Below are positions 1 to 10,611 of a stretch of 64,000 nucleotides of DNA, one piece after another. Every line of letters begins with the position of its first letter. Position 1 is the stretch's first letter. The position numbers and the translations under genes are program-made. The DNA is taken from the NCBI GenBank assembly GCA_000002445.1, contig CH464491.1:2688001-2752000 (forward strand). The letters run 5' to 3'. Under the pieces are notes generated by a model. That model had not been told where the DNA came from. It made no database searches and saw nothing but the letters and a program-made list of their open reading frames with translations. The stretch comes from Trypanosoma brucei (lineage: Eukaryota).

Positions 1-41
1 GAGAGTCTGGTGGTGAAAGTCCGGGTGGAAGGGACAAGGCA

Positions 42-530
42 ATGAGCAATGGGGATTCTTTAATGTCTAATGACGAGCAAAGCGAAGATCGGTTGGGACT
101 TGGTGGTGGTGGTGGTGGTGGCATGCCACTCCAAGGGGTGTTCCCACCGCTTAGCGCCAATTTTTTTCCTATGGCTAATGGAGCCGCCCACGCTGAGGAA
201 ATGCACACTGCTCACAGGAACCGGCTGATACATGAGAAACTGAGGCGAGAGCGGGCGGCTGGGTTCTTCCGCGAAATTGTTCACAGTGTATCACTCAGCG
301 AATTATGTATTGCGTACACTGAAGAGTTGCTGGGGGCCGCAGTCGCGGTTACCACGGACTTTTCTTCCCTTCGACCAGAGGGAGATTCGACCGTCGCTGT
401 ACGTGTGCCTCAAATGCTACCGTTGCTAGAGAAGCAGCGGCTGGATATGTTTGATTGTGACTTCCAAGTGCAGCCGTACGTGCGACTGCTGTGTGAGGAG
501 ACGATTAGAGTTACATGCCGCGATTTATAA
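42..530 (+). CDS. hypothetical protein (Gly-rich N-terminus); frame is open to the window edge so it may be the 3' part of a longer gene
   Basis: ATG at 42, 162-codon ORF in same orientation as all other genes; upstream frame open to position 1; no recognisable domain; G7 run. Confidence 0.35.
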   Translation: MSNGDSLMSNDEQSEDRLGLGGGGGGGMPLQGVFPPLSANFFPMANGAAHAEEMHTAHRNRLIHEKLRRERAAGFFREIVHSVSLSELCIAYTEELLGAAVAVTTDFSSLRPEGDSTVAVRVPQMLPLLEKQRLDMFDCDFQVQPYVRLLCEETIRVTCRDL

Positions 531-1063
531 GGCATCTCATGGTGAGTAGGCACCTCGTTTCATTTTGTGCTCTCTCCCTTGTACGTCATATTGACGTCAG
601 ACACAGGAAGAGATACGCGCTGCATGGAACTGAGTAGCGGGTGAGGGAGGCACCCACGTCCATCATCTCAATTTTGGCGCGCATTGTTTGGGTGGTTGGC
701 ATAAAGAGGTGTGTTGGAGAGTGAGTGTGTGTGAATGTGGGTGCGCGTGTGTGTCGAGGGGCATCAGACAGAAGAAAGGTAACATATTCTGTTACACGCG
801 TGGTGCGGTTTGTTGATATCCCTTCCTTCATTTCCTAAATGTTTGTTTAACATTAGTGAAGGAGGAAAATAAAGTCTCATTTCGCTTCGTCGCCGATGCG
901 GCCACACACACACTTTGTTACGATGAAAGTCACTGACCACACGCCTTCCCTTCGCGTGACCACAGCCCCGACTTCTGCGGTGCTGTTCGGCCAATGAAAC
1001 CCAGCGGTTCTTTACCTGCCCTATCATTTCCCCAATCCCCACTTTCTGAAAGAAGTGTAGTTC

Positions 1064-1861
1064 ATGGATAGCAAACAACGAATATGGGATTCGCTGCGCA
1101 ACGATGCCAGACAGGCCGACAATCTCATTGAGCGGAAATTAGCCGCCTTGGAGGATATTGCCCGGCGTGTTGATGATGAGACGAGCGGTGTTTCGTTTGG
1201 AGCTAAAGGCACGGCTCCTACGACAGGTTTCAACCAGTATAACAACCCCTCATCATCTAGCAGCACTACATTCGGCAATACCGCTGTTGTACACTTCCCT
1301 TCAGAATCTCACGTGAGGAGCGTCCAGCGTGAGTTTGAGCACAGTCAGTCGGAGGTGGAGGTTGTGCTGCAGCGGTTTGAGACACTGCTGGAAACTATGG
1401 CGGAAACTGCGCGTGAGCTCCCACTGGAGTCAGCCGCCATGACTCACATGGAGCGGTTTCAACAGCTAGCGGTTGAGAAGCGCCGGACCCTTTTCCGCGT
1501 CGCCGCCGACTTCAAGCGCCGTTGTGAACGCGTTGAGCTGCTTCCGAATATAAGTCGCGAGCTTGATGTTCACCGTGAGGACGTAGGTACGCAGTTACTG
1601 CTCAAGGAACAGGAGTCGCTGCGCCACACACAGCGGATGCTTAACAACATCATCGATCGAGGAGAGCAGGCCCATCTGCAACTCCGTGAGCAGCGGGACA
1701 CTTTCTCTAGCGTTAGCGATAGATTGCTGGAGATCACGCAGCGTGTCCCGTTTGTCAAAAATGTGCTGAATAGGATCGATAGTAGGCGACGCAGGGAGGC
1801 CGTTATTGTTGGTGCATTGATTGGTTTGTGCATGACAATTTTCGTGTTGTTTTTATTCTAA
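1064..1861 (+). CDS. Golgi Qb-SNARE, GOSR1/GOS28-like
   Basis: ATG at 1064; N-terminal IWDSLRNDARQADNLIERKL resembles GOS28 SYWEDLRKQARQLENELDLKL; C-terminal VKNVLNRIDSRRRREAVIVGALIGLCMTIFVLFLF matches GOS28 VNSLIQRINLRKRRDSLILGGVIGICTILLLLYAF (SNARE motif plus tail anchor). Confidence 0.75.
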   Translation: MDSKQRIWDSLRNDARQADNLIERKLAALEDIARRVDDETSGVSFGAKGTAPTTGFNQYNNPSSSSSTTFGNTAVVHFPSESHVRSVQREFEHSQSEVEVVLQRFETLLETMAETARELPLESAAMTHMERFQQLAVEKRRTLFRVAADFKRRCERVELLPNISRELDVHREDVGTQLLLKEQESLRHTQRMLNNIIDRGEQAHLQLREQRDTFSSVSDRLLEITQRVPFVKNVLNRIDSRRRREAVIVGALIGLCMTIFVLFLF

Positions 1862-2025
1862 ATGCTCTCCTTTTACCACCTTTCTACTTTCTCCTCCGTG
1901 TTTTTATTTTGATACTCTATGAGATGACTATGTTGGGCAAGTTGGGGACACCAGTGGTTGTGTTTTGATTGGGATGTGTCTTCTTACCGTTCCTATGGGC
2001 CACATGTTGAAAGCGCGCCGTGAAT

Positions 2026-2044
2026 GTGTGTGTGTGTGTGTGTG
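2026..2044. repeat. (TG)n microsatellite
   Basis: tgtgtgtgtgtgtgtgtgt. Confidence 0.9.
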
Positions 2045-2904
2045 GTGACCGTTTCGGTTGTCGATTTCTTTTGTATTGCTTTTTTATGCGGTAGGAGGGC
2101 TAATAAGTCTCGTTTGTTGTGTACATGTGCGCCTGAAATAGGAACGAGCGCATACCTGGCCAACCTCATTGAGATATATTGATCAAATTCCTTACTTCCT
2201 TCTTCGTTTACATGTTCGTGCGTCTGTGTGTAGGGGGAGAGTAACACAACGAACAAATGATAGCAAGTCGGTGTCCCTGTCGGGCTAATGTCCCTCTTTG
2301 TGTATCATCATCCCGCAGTACCCTTTTATTGTTATTGTTATAATTTTTTTGTTGTCGCACCCCTCCTTCACAACGAACCGCTGAGCGTTAACTTATTCTT
2401 TTCTTCACCGCGTTTCTCCTATATTTCCCACACGTCACCTCCGCGTAGGTTGTATATTTATACATCCGTTTTCCTCTTTGCTGTTGAACAACAACAGCAA
2501 CCACCTGCGTGTTTTTGCCATTTTTGTAAGGTGAACTCATCGTTGGTGCCTCTCTTACCTCTTATTTTGTACTTTCCCGCATCAGAAGTAACAGAAGTAA
2601 ATTCGAGCGCGGCTGATCGGTAAAGGGCAGCGAAGAAAGATAAGAGGGAGGAGGGGAAAGAGGAGAAAACAAAAACTAGGTCATAGACCGAATTAATACC
2701 ACTAGTTAAAGACTTTAAAGGGGTAAAAGAGAAAAAGAAAGGAAAAAAAAACAGTAGAAAAGCCAAGGCAAAGGAAGAATATTTAATAAAAGAGCGCAAA
2801 AGCACAAAAAGTGGGGGTGAAACAGCGAGAAAGGAAATAAAAGGCGGTCCCTTAATTGTACAAAGTGGCCGCTCTAGGTGGTACAGACACGAATAAGTAA
2901 TACA

Positions 2905-2929
2905 CATATACATATATATATATATATAT
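2905..2929. repeat. (TA)n microsatellite
   Basis: catatacatatatatatatatatat. Confidence 0.9.
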
Positions 2930-3316
2930 TCTTACGTGTATTCGTGTATATAGCACTTGTAAGGTTCATTGCAAAGGTTAGGTGAAGCTTCAAGAAGAAA
3001 GCAACAAGGGGGAAAAGAGAGTAACAAAGAGGTTGAGAGAGGAAGAAAGGACACAAGGAGGGTTTTGACGGAAGAAAGAAGTCAAAGCAATACAGATATA
3101 TAAGGAGAAGGAAGGAGCCGTATAATCCACGTACACAAACTCATACACACAGCGTATAGTGAGAAAAAGCAATTTCTCGGAGAAAGGAAGCACGACTGGA
3201 AACGGGACCGAGTGCACAGGTGTACGTTTAGGTTGGGAGGGTGAAAGGAGACAAGTGGCTAGCATTTCATCAACGGTGCTTAGCGTAACCAGTTACGCAT
3301 TGTCAACAGTGGATTA

Positions 3317-6300
3317 ATGACCTCTCGCATTGAGAAGAGTGTTCGTGGTAAAGGAGCGGTGAAACTACGAGGGTTCCTGAAATCGAAGGAACAACTTTTT
3401 GCTACCAAACTGAGTAGCCCCCGCGTCGAATGCAGGGCAGGAAATGAGGAAAAGGGCGCTATGGGAGAAAAAGATGTGACTGGTGGGAGGCACGTGCACG
3501 GTGTTGTTGCGCCTCATCGCACTCTCGATACTGGCACCGCGTCCGTCCCTCTCCCAGCTAACCTCCCACCCGATGGTAAGGGAAAGAAGCTGCTGAATCC
3601 TCTGCGGAAGAAGTTACTGAGAGACCTTTCTGCTGACGAGGGCGGCTCGTTGCAGCATCTGCCGGCGAAACCCACTGGGCACAAGGAACTGGGTGCAATA
3701 AGAATCGCTACTGCAGACGTGTTCCCCGCTGGTGAGGCGCCTCACCGTCCTGCTGCACTATCGTCAGCTGTGTTATCCTCGCCCATGCAGGGTTTGAAGA
3801 CAGCTGCAGGTAAGTTGAACCCACCGGTAGGTATAGGACGCAAGAAGCGCCAACAGAAGTTGCAAAAGGCACAACTCGCGTCTACCGTTCGAGTAGAACG
3901 ACTCAGGAGTGACGGCACTTCCAGATGCGGGAAGAAAGGTAGCGTCAAGGTTCCCTCCGAGTGCTCCAGTCTTAATTCTAGCATCACATGTACAGTTAAC
4001 ACAAATGATTGCGCGGAACTGGACAGAGAGAGTGGTGTAGACGACATCGACGATCCAAACGATGACAACGCACAAGAACTATCTGCTAATGAGTTAGGTG
4101 ACGAGCTAGCGCCTTATGATGAGGTGGATGAAGAGGAGGCAGTGCAGCGGTACATGGGAAGCCACAGAGCCTCAACTTCGCCGAAAAAGACGGAGGACAG
4201 CGTCTCACTCAATCGGTGCCTCAGCGATCCATCGCTGTCAAACACATTGTGTGACGCACGTGCTGCACCGCTGGATCGTCCCAACAGCGCAATCGGAAGT
4301 TGTGCTGCTCCAGAAGATTTGCAACGGTCACTCGATGAAAAAATGGAAGAAAGTTCCCGGCGGCCATCCACTGCCGGTCAGCTGGGGGAGGGCACCAGTA
4401 GTTTCGGCACGCAAAAGGCTTCAGAACTCTTCAATGACAGCCTTTGCCGCTCCCTGAGTTTGTATGACGCGTTTTTCCTCAATGAAGACGGGACTACTTG
4501 GCTTGTTGATGACCGTGTTCTCGCTAGATGCCTAAATTATATCGGGCTTATGGATTACGAGCACGAGCTCCACGGACTGCGGCGCACTACAGGGAACAAC
4601 TTGAGTGCTTCTGCATGGGCGCAGCTTTCGTCCCCTGTGAAACGCAATGTGATGCCATCGTCTGTGGCATCTGCGGCGCCGCCGCTTCGGTGCACTACTT
4701 CTCCCAACTTTGTGAACAGTAGCAATTCTTTTTCGGTGGGGCAGAGTAAGCTGTGCAAAGCTCCAGAGTCGCGAGGAGGCCGTCCTGATTTTCCTACCCT
4801 CTTCCTTGACATCGACGAGACAATGAGATGGCTCTCTGGACAGGAATATGTCATAGGAACCATCCTAGCATGTTGTACGCGCGACAGCGATGCCTCTGAA
4901 GACGGGAATGTTCAGCCGTACTTGTCCCCTGCAGTTCATCCCATAAAGCAAATTGCCACAATTGTACGGGAATGTTACCCCCATTGGGGTAGCACAGTCC
5001 GTTTTGCGGACGCATGGGAGAAGCAGGTTGTCCTTGTTCTTGGTACATCCTCACCATCGCATCAGTTACTGTTCCCGTTTCCGGAGGAGGGCATATTCTT
5101 CTCGTCCGACATGGAGGGTGGAAATATTGCTCGCGTGGAACGTATGCCCGAGTCAACACTACTGCATCTACAGCAATATCCACAGCAGCCGAATGGGATC
5201 GGCTTTTCATTGTGGATGGAACCTGAACCCGGATGCGGGCAAAGGTTGTGGTTTCGTTTTGCTTTCGCCGGCGTCAAACCTCATACGTCGGTGACTTTGC
5301 GATTAGTTAACATTCAACCCACCACAAAACTATATGGTCGGAATGGCATGCGACCTGTGTGGAGGGCAGGGAATTGCCTCCGGCAGTGGGTGCCAGTAGC
5401 GCAGTGCTCATATCGCACAACAAATGACGAGGCTGATGGGGAACTGACGTTTGTCATAACACCCCGTACAAATGATGTCATTCATGTGGCGTTCTGCGTT
5501 CCCTACACATATGCTGATTTACTCTGCCACATTACCCACTGGCATAACTTGGTTAAAAATAGTACGTGCGATATTTGGTTTGAAGAGCGTGTGTTGTGTT
5601 ACACGCAGGATGGTCGCAAACTGCACATGCTTATCATAACGAGTTCCTCTACGAAAACTAATCAGCGGCACCGGAGCAAGCGGAAAGTGGAAGGCAGCAA
5701 CAGCGCCAATAATGGAGCTTGCGGCCCTACAGCCTGCAATGCCAACTCCAATGGCGGTGGCGGTAACCCGTCTCGTAAGCCCATTGTTGGACCATACTCT
5801 CAGTTCGAGAAGGGTAAGAAGGTCGTGCTGGTGAGTGGCCGCGTGCATCCCGGGGAAACAACAGCATCCCATGGTGTTCATGGCGCAATTTCCTTCCTTC
5901 TTTCCCGCGACCCACTAGCGGCAAAGCTACGGGACAATTTTATCTTTTATATTGTACCTATGTTAAACCCCGACGGTGTCTCCAGGGGTCACACTCGGCT
6001 TGACCAGAACGGATTTAACCTTAATCGCTGTTATAACAGGCCGATTCCTCAGACACAACCCACTGTGAGCGCCCTCCGCAAGGTGTTCGACCATCTGCGC
6101 CAAGTGTTTGACGACCGCTTCTTCATGTATTTGGACTTTCATTCGCACGTTTCGCAGTCTAGCTGTTTCGCCTTCGGTAATTGCCTCCCGGCGACGGTGC
6201 AGCACTGGAATATGCTCTTTCCAAAGATCATCAGTTTACACGCGAAGGAGCTCTTTGGGTACTCGATCTGCCGATTCGGACGCGGCCACATGTTGAGTAA

Positions 6301-6895
6301 GGAGGGAAGTTCGCGCGTGCTTTTTGGCGCCGGCCTCATCCACTCCTACACCATTGAACTCACGTATTTCACAAACAACCGGCTGTACATTGACGGTCTG
6401 TTGGCTGGCGGCACGTCCAACATTATGGATGGAGAATCGTGGGAGGACCGATACACCCATACACAGATCGTGCCGCAGCGCAGCCCCGTCGCCCACAACG
6501 CCAGCACTGTTACACCCCTTAATGAACAGGGTACGGCAGTTGGAGCCGTCAAAAGTAGCAAGTGCGTCCGTAGCAACTCACAACAGAAGAGGCTAAAGAA
6601 GCGTGATGTCACCAAGATCCCCAGTGACTGTGGTAATGGCAAACCAGAACTGTTGAGGCAGATTAGGGTACCGTGCATTCTGGCGCAAAGCGCTGAAGTC
6701 GGTCGTTCGTGCATGCTTTCTTTGCTCGACTACTGCTCTGTCGATAACTACATATCACCACAGTTTGCAGCGTATGGAGGGATGGAGCGAATGCTGCGGG
6801 ATGTCAAACGCCACATGGGTTCACCGACCGCCGCGAAGCCGGGGTCATGCAGACTGCAGTTCATTTACAAGCAACAGCAACAACTGCAGCAATAA
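3317..6895 (+). CDS. cytosolic carboxypeptidase, M14 family (CCP/Nna1-like, putative tubulin deglutamylase) with long N-terminal extension
   Basis: FSSDMEGGNIARVE N-domain motif (CCP FESGNL-like); zinc-binding HPGET, NPDGV, and later FHSH ligand typical of M14 CCPs; 1192 aa. Confidence 0.75.
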   Translation: MTSRIEKSVRGKGAVKLRGFLKSKEQLFATKLSSPRVECRAGNEEKGAMGEKDVTGGRHVHGVVAPHRTLDTGTASVPLPANLPPDGKGKKLLNPLRKKLLRDLSADEGGSLQHLPAKPTGHKELGAIRIATADVFPAGEAPHRPAALSSAVLSSPMQGLKTAAGKLNPPVGIGRKKRQQKLQKAQLASTVRVERLRSDGTSRCGKKGSVKVPSECSSLNSSITCTVNTNDCAELDRESGVDDIDDPNDDNAQELSANELGDELAPYDEVDEEEAVQRYMGSHRASTSPKKTEDSVSLNRCLSDPSLSNTLCDARAAPLDRPNSAIGSCAAPEDLQRSLDEKMEESSRRPSTAGQLGEGTSSFGTQKASELFNDSLCRSLSLYDAFFLNEDGTTWLVDDRVLARCLNYIGLMDYEHELHGLRRTTGNNLSASAWAQLSSPVKRNVMPSSVASAAPPLRCTTSPNFVNSSNSFSVGQSKLCKAPESRGGRPDFPTLFLDIDETMRWLSGQEYVIGTILACCTRDSDASEDGNVQPYLSPAVHPIKQIATIVRECYPHWGSTVRFADAWEKQVVLVLGTSSPSHQLLFPFPEEGIFFSSDMEGGNIARVERMPESTLLHLQQYPQQPNGIGFSLWMEPEPGCGQRLWFRFAFAGVKPHTSVTLRLVNIQPTTKLYGRNGMRPVWRAGNCLRQWVPVAQCSYRTTNDEADGELTFVITPRTNDVIHVAFCVPYTYADLLCHITHWHNLVKNSTCDIWFEERVLCYTQDGRKLHMLIITSSSTKTNQRHRSKRKVEGSNSANNGACGPTACNANSNGGGGNPSRKPIVGPYSQFEKGKKVVLVSGRVHPGETTASHGVHGAISFLLSRDPLAAKLRDNFIFYIVPMLNPDGVSRGHTRLDQNGFNLNRCYNRPIPQTQPTVSALRKVFDHLRQVFDDRFFMYLDFHSHVSQSSCFAFGNCLPATVQHWNMLFPKIISLHAKELFGYSICRFGRGHMLSKEGSSRVLFGAGLIHSYTIELTYFTNNRLYIDGLLAGGTSNIMDGESWEDRYTHTQIVPQRSPVAHNASTVTPLNEQGTAVGAVKSSKCVRSNSQQKRLKKRDVTKIPSDCGNGKPELLRQIRVPCILAQSAEVGRSCMLSLLDYCSVDNYISPQFAAYGGMERMLRDVKRHMGSPTAAKPGSCRLQFIYKQQQQLQQ

Positions 6896-7445
6896 GAATA
6901 GTGCAACGAGAAGTGTGGATAGGGGGAAGGGAAAGATAGCGGGTGTGGGAGACGATAGGAACGGAAAGACTGTGCTCGTAAAGAGAGTTGGAGAGAGATA
7001 TCGGTTTTGTTGCTACTGAGAGGGAGGAAAGGATGGTTGATTTACTTGTATATGGTCCATTGACACTGTTTCCTCCCATTCTTTTTTACCTTGTTTGTAT
7101 TATTTCCAAGTTTCACGCTGTTTCCCTCTAATTAAATTACATTCTTCTGCAGTTGTTGACATTCGTCCTTTTTAACAACGACAGATAATCGGGCGCCTGC
7201 CTGTTTATACCCTTCGACAGCGCCTTCTCTTCCCACCAAGCTGGTATTTAGTTTCATCTACTTGGCGTTGCGGTAGTTGGACCGCTTCACATGTACGCGT
7301 TCAAATGTATATTTATGAATATTTATAGTTTCCTCCCCCACCCGCCCTGCACTCCCCCTCATGTTGCCCATCTTCTTGGGGCGCGTCCACTCACATGTGG
7401 TTTCTGTATGCGTATATTGGTGGTGGTGTTTTACGGCAAGAGGGG

Positions 7446-7800
7446 ATTCCTCTCTTCCCCTCCTCGTACACCCTTTCCCTTTTTTTTGTGTTTTCATCCG
7501 TTCGTCTATTCAAGTTCTTTCCTTTTTTGTCCTTTTTTTCTTTTTTGCTTCAACAGTTAACAACGACTTTTTTTCATTTTTCACCATCCTCTTTCTATCC
7601 ATCTCCTGTTATTCCATTTCTTTGTTCGTTCACGTCGGTGTGCTTCACTTTTTGTGTAATTTTCCTTTTCTTTGTTTTTGTGCTAGATTGTTCCTGCTTT
7701 TTTGTACCTACTCTATTGCACAGTAGCTTAATCACTTTTTTCTCGTTCTCTTTCCCTTTTATTTTCCACGTTTCTTTTTACCACATATCTGTTTCCGTTG
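7446..7800 (+). promoter_or_regulatory. extended polypyrimidine (CT-rich) tract; candidate trans-splicing/polyadenylation signal region upstream of NASP-like gene
   Basis: >300 nt almost purely C/T on coding strand, followed by AG dinucleotides and the ATG at 8112; typical trypanosomatid intergenic architecture. Confidence 0.55.
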
Positions 7801-7979
7801 TTGCCGCGCCGCTGGGCAGCAAACAAAGTGGGGGAGATTACTTCTCTTGTTTATTTGTTGTGCGTGCGACTCCATACACGCTGCCGAAGGGTGAAAAAAC
7901 AGTGATTGTAGGCGTAGGACAGTGCGGACGGAAACGGAGAAAGGTTGAGACCCCCGAAGTGCGACGCAACAGCGATCGG

Positions 7980-7998
7980 TATATATATATATATATAT
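7980..7998. repeat. (TA)n microsatellite
   Basis: tatatatatatatatatat. Confidence 0.9.
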
Positions 7999-8111
7999 TT
8001 GGAGGGGGAGAAGAGTTAAGGTAATTAGACAGTGGTACTCCCAACGGAAGTTGAGGGTGGGGGGGGACATTTCCCGCGCAAGAAAACAGAAGGTGTGTGT
8101 TTCGTGTTTTT

Positions 8112-9347
8112 ATGAGCCACCCACAGCAGCAGCAGCGGGTGGCGGAGGCCGCGGTGAGGAATGACCAGGGAGAGCAGCAGTTGACGGGTGTAAAGCCCGG
8201 GGAGAAGCAAGCTTCGAGGCAAGCGGAGGGCACCGAGGCATCTTCCTCAGAGAGCAACTGCAGCAGTGAAAGCTCTGAGGAAATCGTTCCTTTTAATAGT
8301 GAAGAAGAGGCCGTAGCAATGCGTGCTGTTGGGCTAGAACTGTTCAACAAGCACAACTATGAGGAGGCCCTTGACGTTCAGTACCGTATTGTACGCTATT
8401 TTGAGAACAAATACGGTGCGACATACCCCGAATGTGGCATATACTTCCTTGACTACGGCCTCTCGCAGCTGCGCATGATACAGTCCGCCAGCAGTATGGA
8501 GGCAGCTCTTGACCCCCTTGATCACGACGCCCTCGAGGCGTGTTTTACAAACCTCGATGTGGCTCGTGTATGTTTTCAAAAACAGGAGCGGAGCCGCGGT
8601 GAGAATGATGTTGAGGTTCAGCTGCGTCTGGCCGAGGTCCACAACGCGATTGCACAGGTTCAGGTTGAACGTGAAGCATATGAAGAGGCTCTCAAGGAAT
8701 ATGAAAGTGAACTGTTCATTTACAGGTATCTTGAGCAGGAGATCCCTGCGTCTTTACCCTATGGACGACTTGCCGCAGTACTCTATGAGATAGCCGACTG
8801 TTATATGAAGGAAGGTGACTTTGAAGGTGCGGAGGAGCGGTTCATCAAGGCGATCGAAGAAATCGAGAAATTTCCCGAAGGCAAAGTTGATCCAAAACTC
8901 GTAGAGCAGATGCGGGAGCTTCTTGAAGATGCCCGGGAGATGAAGGATGGTCGCTTTAAGGAAATACAGGAGTTCATCCAAGAGCAGTTCGCAGTGAATG
9001 AAACGGAGCGGCTGCCCACAGCGCACGAGTTCTATGGTGACGTGGATGAACAGCAGCATCCCTTTGTCTCGCGGCTCCCTAATGATGGGGAGTGTTCCGC
9101 CCTGTCGATGCCGCAGTCTAACACGAACCCTGTGCAATGGAGTGAGCACAGCAACAGTATGTCACTTTCATTGTTTCCTTCGCAAGTAAATGGTCGTTCG
9201 TCGGAGGCATCTAATAGTCAACCCGTGCAACATGTAGTCGCAAGAAGGAAGCCTAAACCTCTACAGAAGCAGAAGGCGCTGGAAGTAGAGAGCAGCGGTA
9301 ACGTCAGTACGGGCTCCGATATGAAGCGCTTCAGGGCGGAATCATGA
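8112..9347 (+). CDS. NASP/SHNi-TPR-like histone H3-H4 chaperone candidate (Q-rich, acidic N-terminus)
   Basis: ORF-track start 8097 is GTG; first ATG at 8112. GATYPECGIYFLDYGLSQLRM resembles the SHNi-TPR 'P-E-C-A-x-x-Y-F-x-Y-G-K-A-L-L-E' motif; later LAEVHNAIAQVQVEREAYEEALKEYESEL and YGRLAAVLYEIADCYMKEGDFEGAEERFIKAIEEIEK are TPR-like repeats interrupted by acidic stretch. Confidence 0.5.
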   Translation: MSHPQQQQRVAEAAVRNDQGEQQLTGVKPGEKQASRQAEGTEASSSESNCSSESSEEIVPFNSEEEAVAMRAVGLELFNKHNYEEALDVQYRIVRYFENKYGATYPECGIYFLDYGLSQLRMIQSASSMEAALDPLDHDALEACFTNLDVARVCFQKQERSRGENDVEVQLRLAEVHNAIAQVQVEREAYEEALKEYESELFIYRYLEQEIPASLPYGRLAAVLYEIADCYMKEGDFEGAEERFIKAIEEIEKFPEGKVDPKLVEQMRELLEDAREMKDGRFKEIQEFIQEQFAVNETERLPTAHEFYGDVDEQQHPFVSRLPNDGECSALSMPQSNTNPVQWSEHSNSMSLSLFPSQVNGRSSEASNSQPVQHVVARRKPKPLQKQKALEVESSGNVSTGSDMKRFRAES

Positions 9348-10611
9348 GCAAGCAGCCCGCAGTTGCTCGAATCAACGGGCGTCCGATGTCGAAGCATCTC
9401 TTTCTTTTTTTTTTTTACAAAAAAACCTATACAAGCATACATGAATTCAGGACGTGTGTGTTTAGTGCTTTATTTTATTGAAGAATGCTGTGTGCGTATT
9501 GTTAGACTATTTCAAGCAATGGTGACGTATGGGAGACGAGTAGTGTTGACTCCGGAAACTAGTGAAACCCCGTGCGTTGTAACAGACGGATGCTTTTTGC
9601 ACTTCCACTTATATTTTTTTCACTCGCGCAGAGGGCGGTGGCGGCGGTAGAACGTCTGTGGTAGGGCAATCGGCTTCAAAAAACATTAGCGAGCTGGCAA
9701 ACAGCTTTTAATACCTTCCTTGAGCACCTTTCCTGATATATACCTGTTCATCAAATTACAAAAAAAAAAAAGAAAACACCGATGGAAACTTTCGAGTGAT
9801 GAGTATTCCCGAAAAGTGTGTACGAGATGCCCTCTCTTTACAGCAACCCAACACACTTTTCGGGAATTGGGATTACTACAACATTATCGCTATGCCGCGC
9901 AGCGGGATCGGTTGGACCACGCCTGAAGACCCATCTCTTCTCCCGGTTCTGATACTCTTCGTCCCCACTAGACAGGGCCGACGCTTGCCAGGGAGAATTG
10001 CCCGCTGTCCCTGGTGGGTTTGTGCATGCATTGCAACGCATAGCAGCCGCATAGAGATTAATTTGTGAGGTATATATATATATATACATGCTTGTGCAGG
10101 AGGACGAGATAATGATTGGCCAGGGAGGTGTGCATGGTTGTACTGGGGAGAACATTAATCCAGCACCTCCTCCATCTTTCTTCCTCATTACTATTATTAT
10201 TGTAACTGTCATTATTGTTGTCTTTTGGTGTTTGATCACGTGAAGAAGCCGTAATCACTGCAGCGCCGAGTACAATGTCGCCCTTACCCACCCCGTCTTC
10301 CTTACTTCTTTGACAGGTACGTTCCAATAGTTATTTCTGTTTGGGCGGGAGTTAAAGGAGATCATATATATTTCTTTCTGTTTAACCAGGGAATAAACGC
10401 CATTAATTATCGCGGTCCCCAAGCACGTTAGTAACGGTAAGCGGAAAGAACATGCATGGGTGGAAGCACTTGGTTTTGATACGAACACACAAACTTCCCA
10501 CGGCTCTCTGGTACTGCATTTCCAATTTCACATGAACTCTCACCTAAGTTGCGGGCAAACGCAGAGAAACCCACGGAGAAAGAGGGAAGTGTTAGATCAC
10601 TTTACAACAAC

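Noticed and set aside
7361-8024. Plus-strand ORFs of 121 and 209 aa upstream of the NASP-like gene
   Set aside because: They translate a several-hundred-nt polypyrimidine tract (F/L/S/P-rich nonsense such as FFVFSSVRLFKFFPFLSFFSFLL). This is a trans-splicing signal region, not coding sequence.
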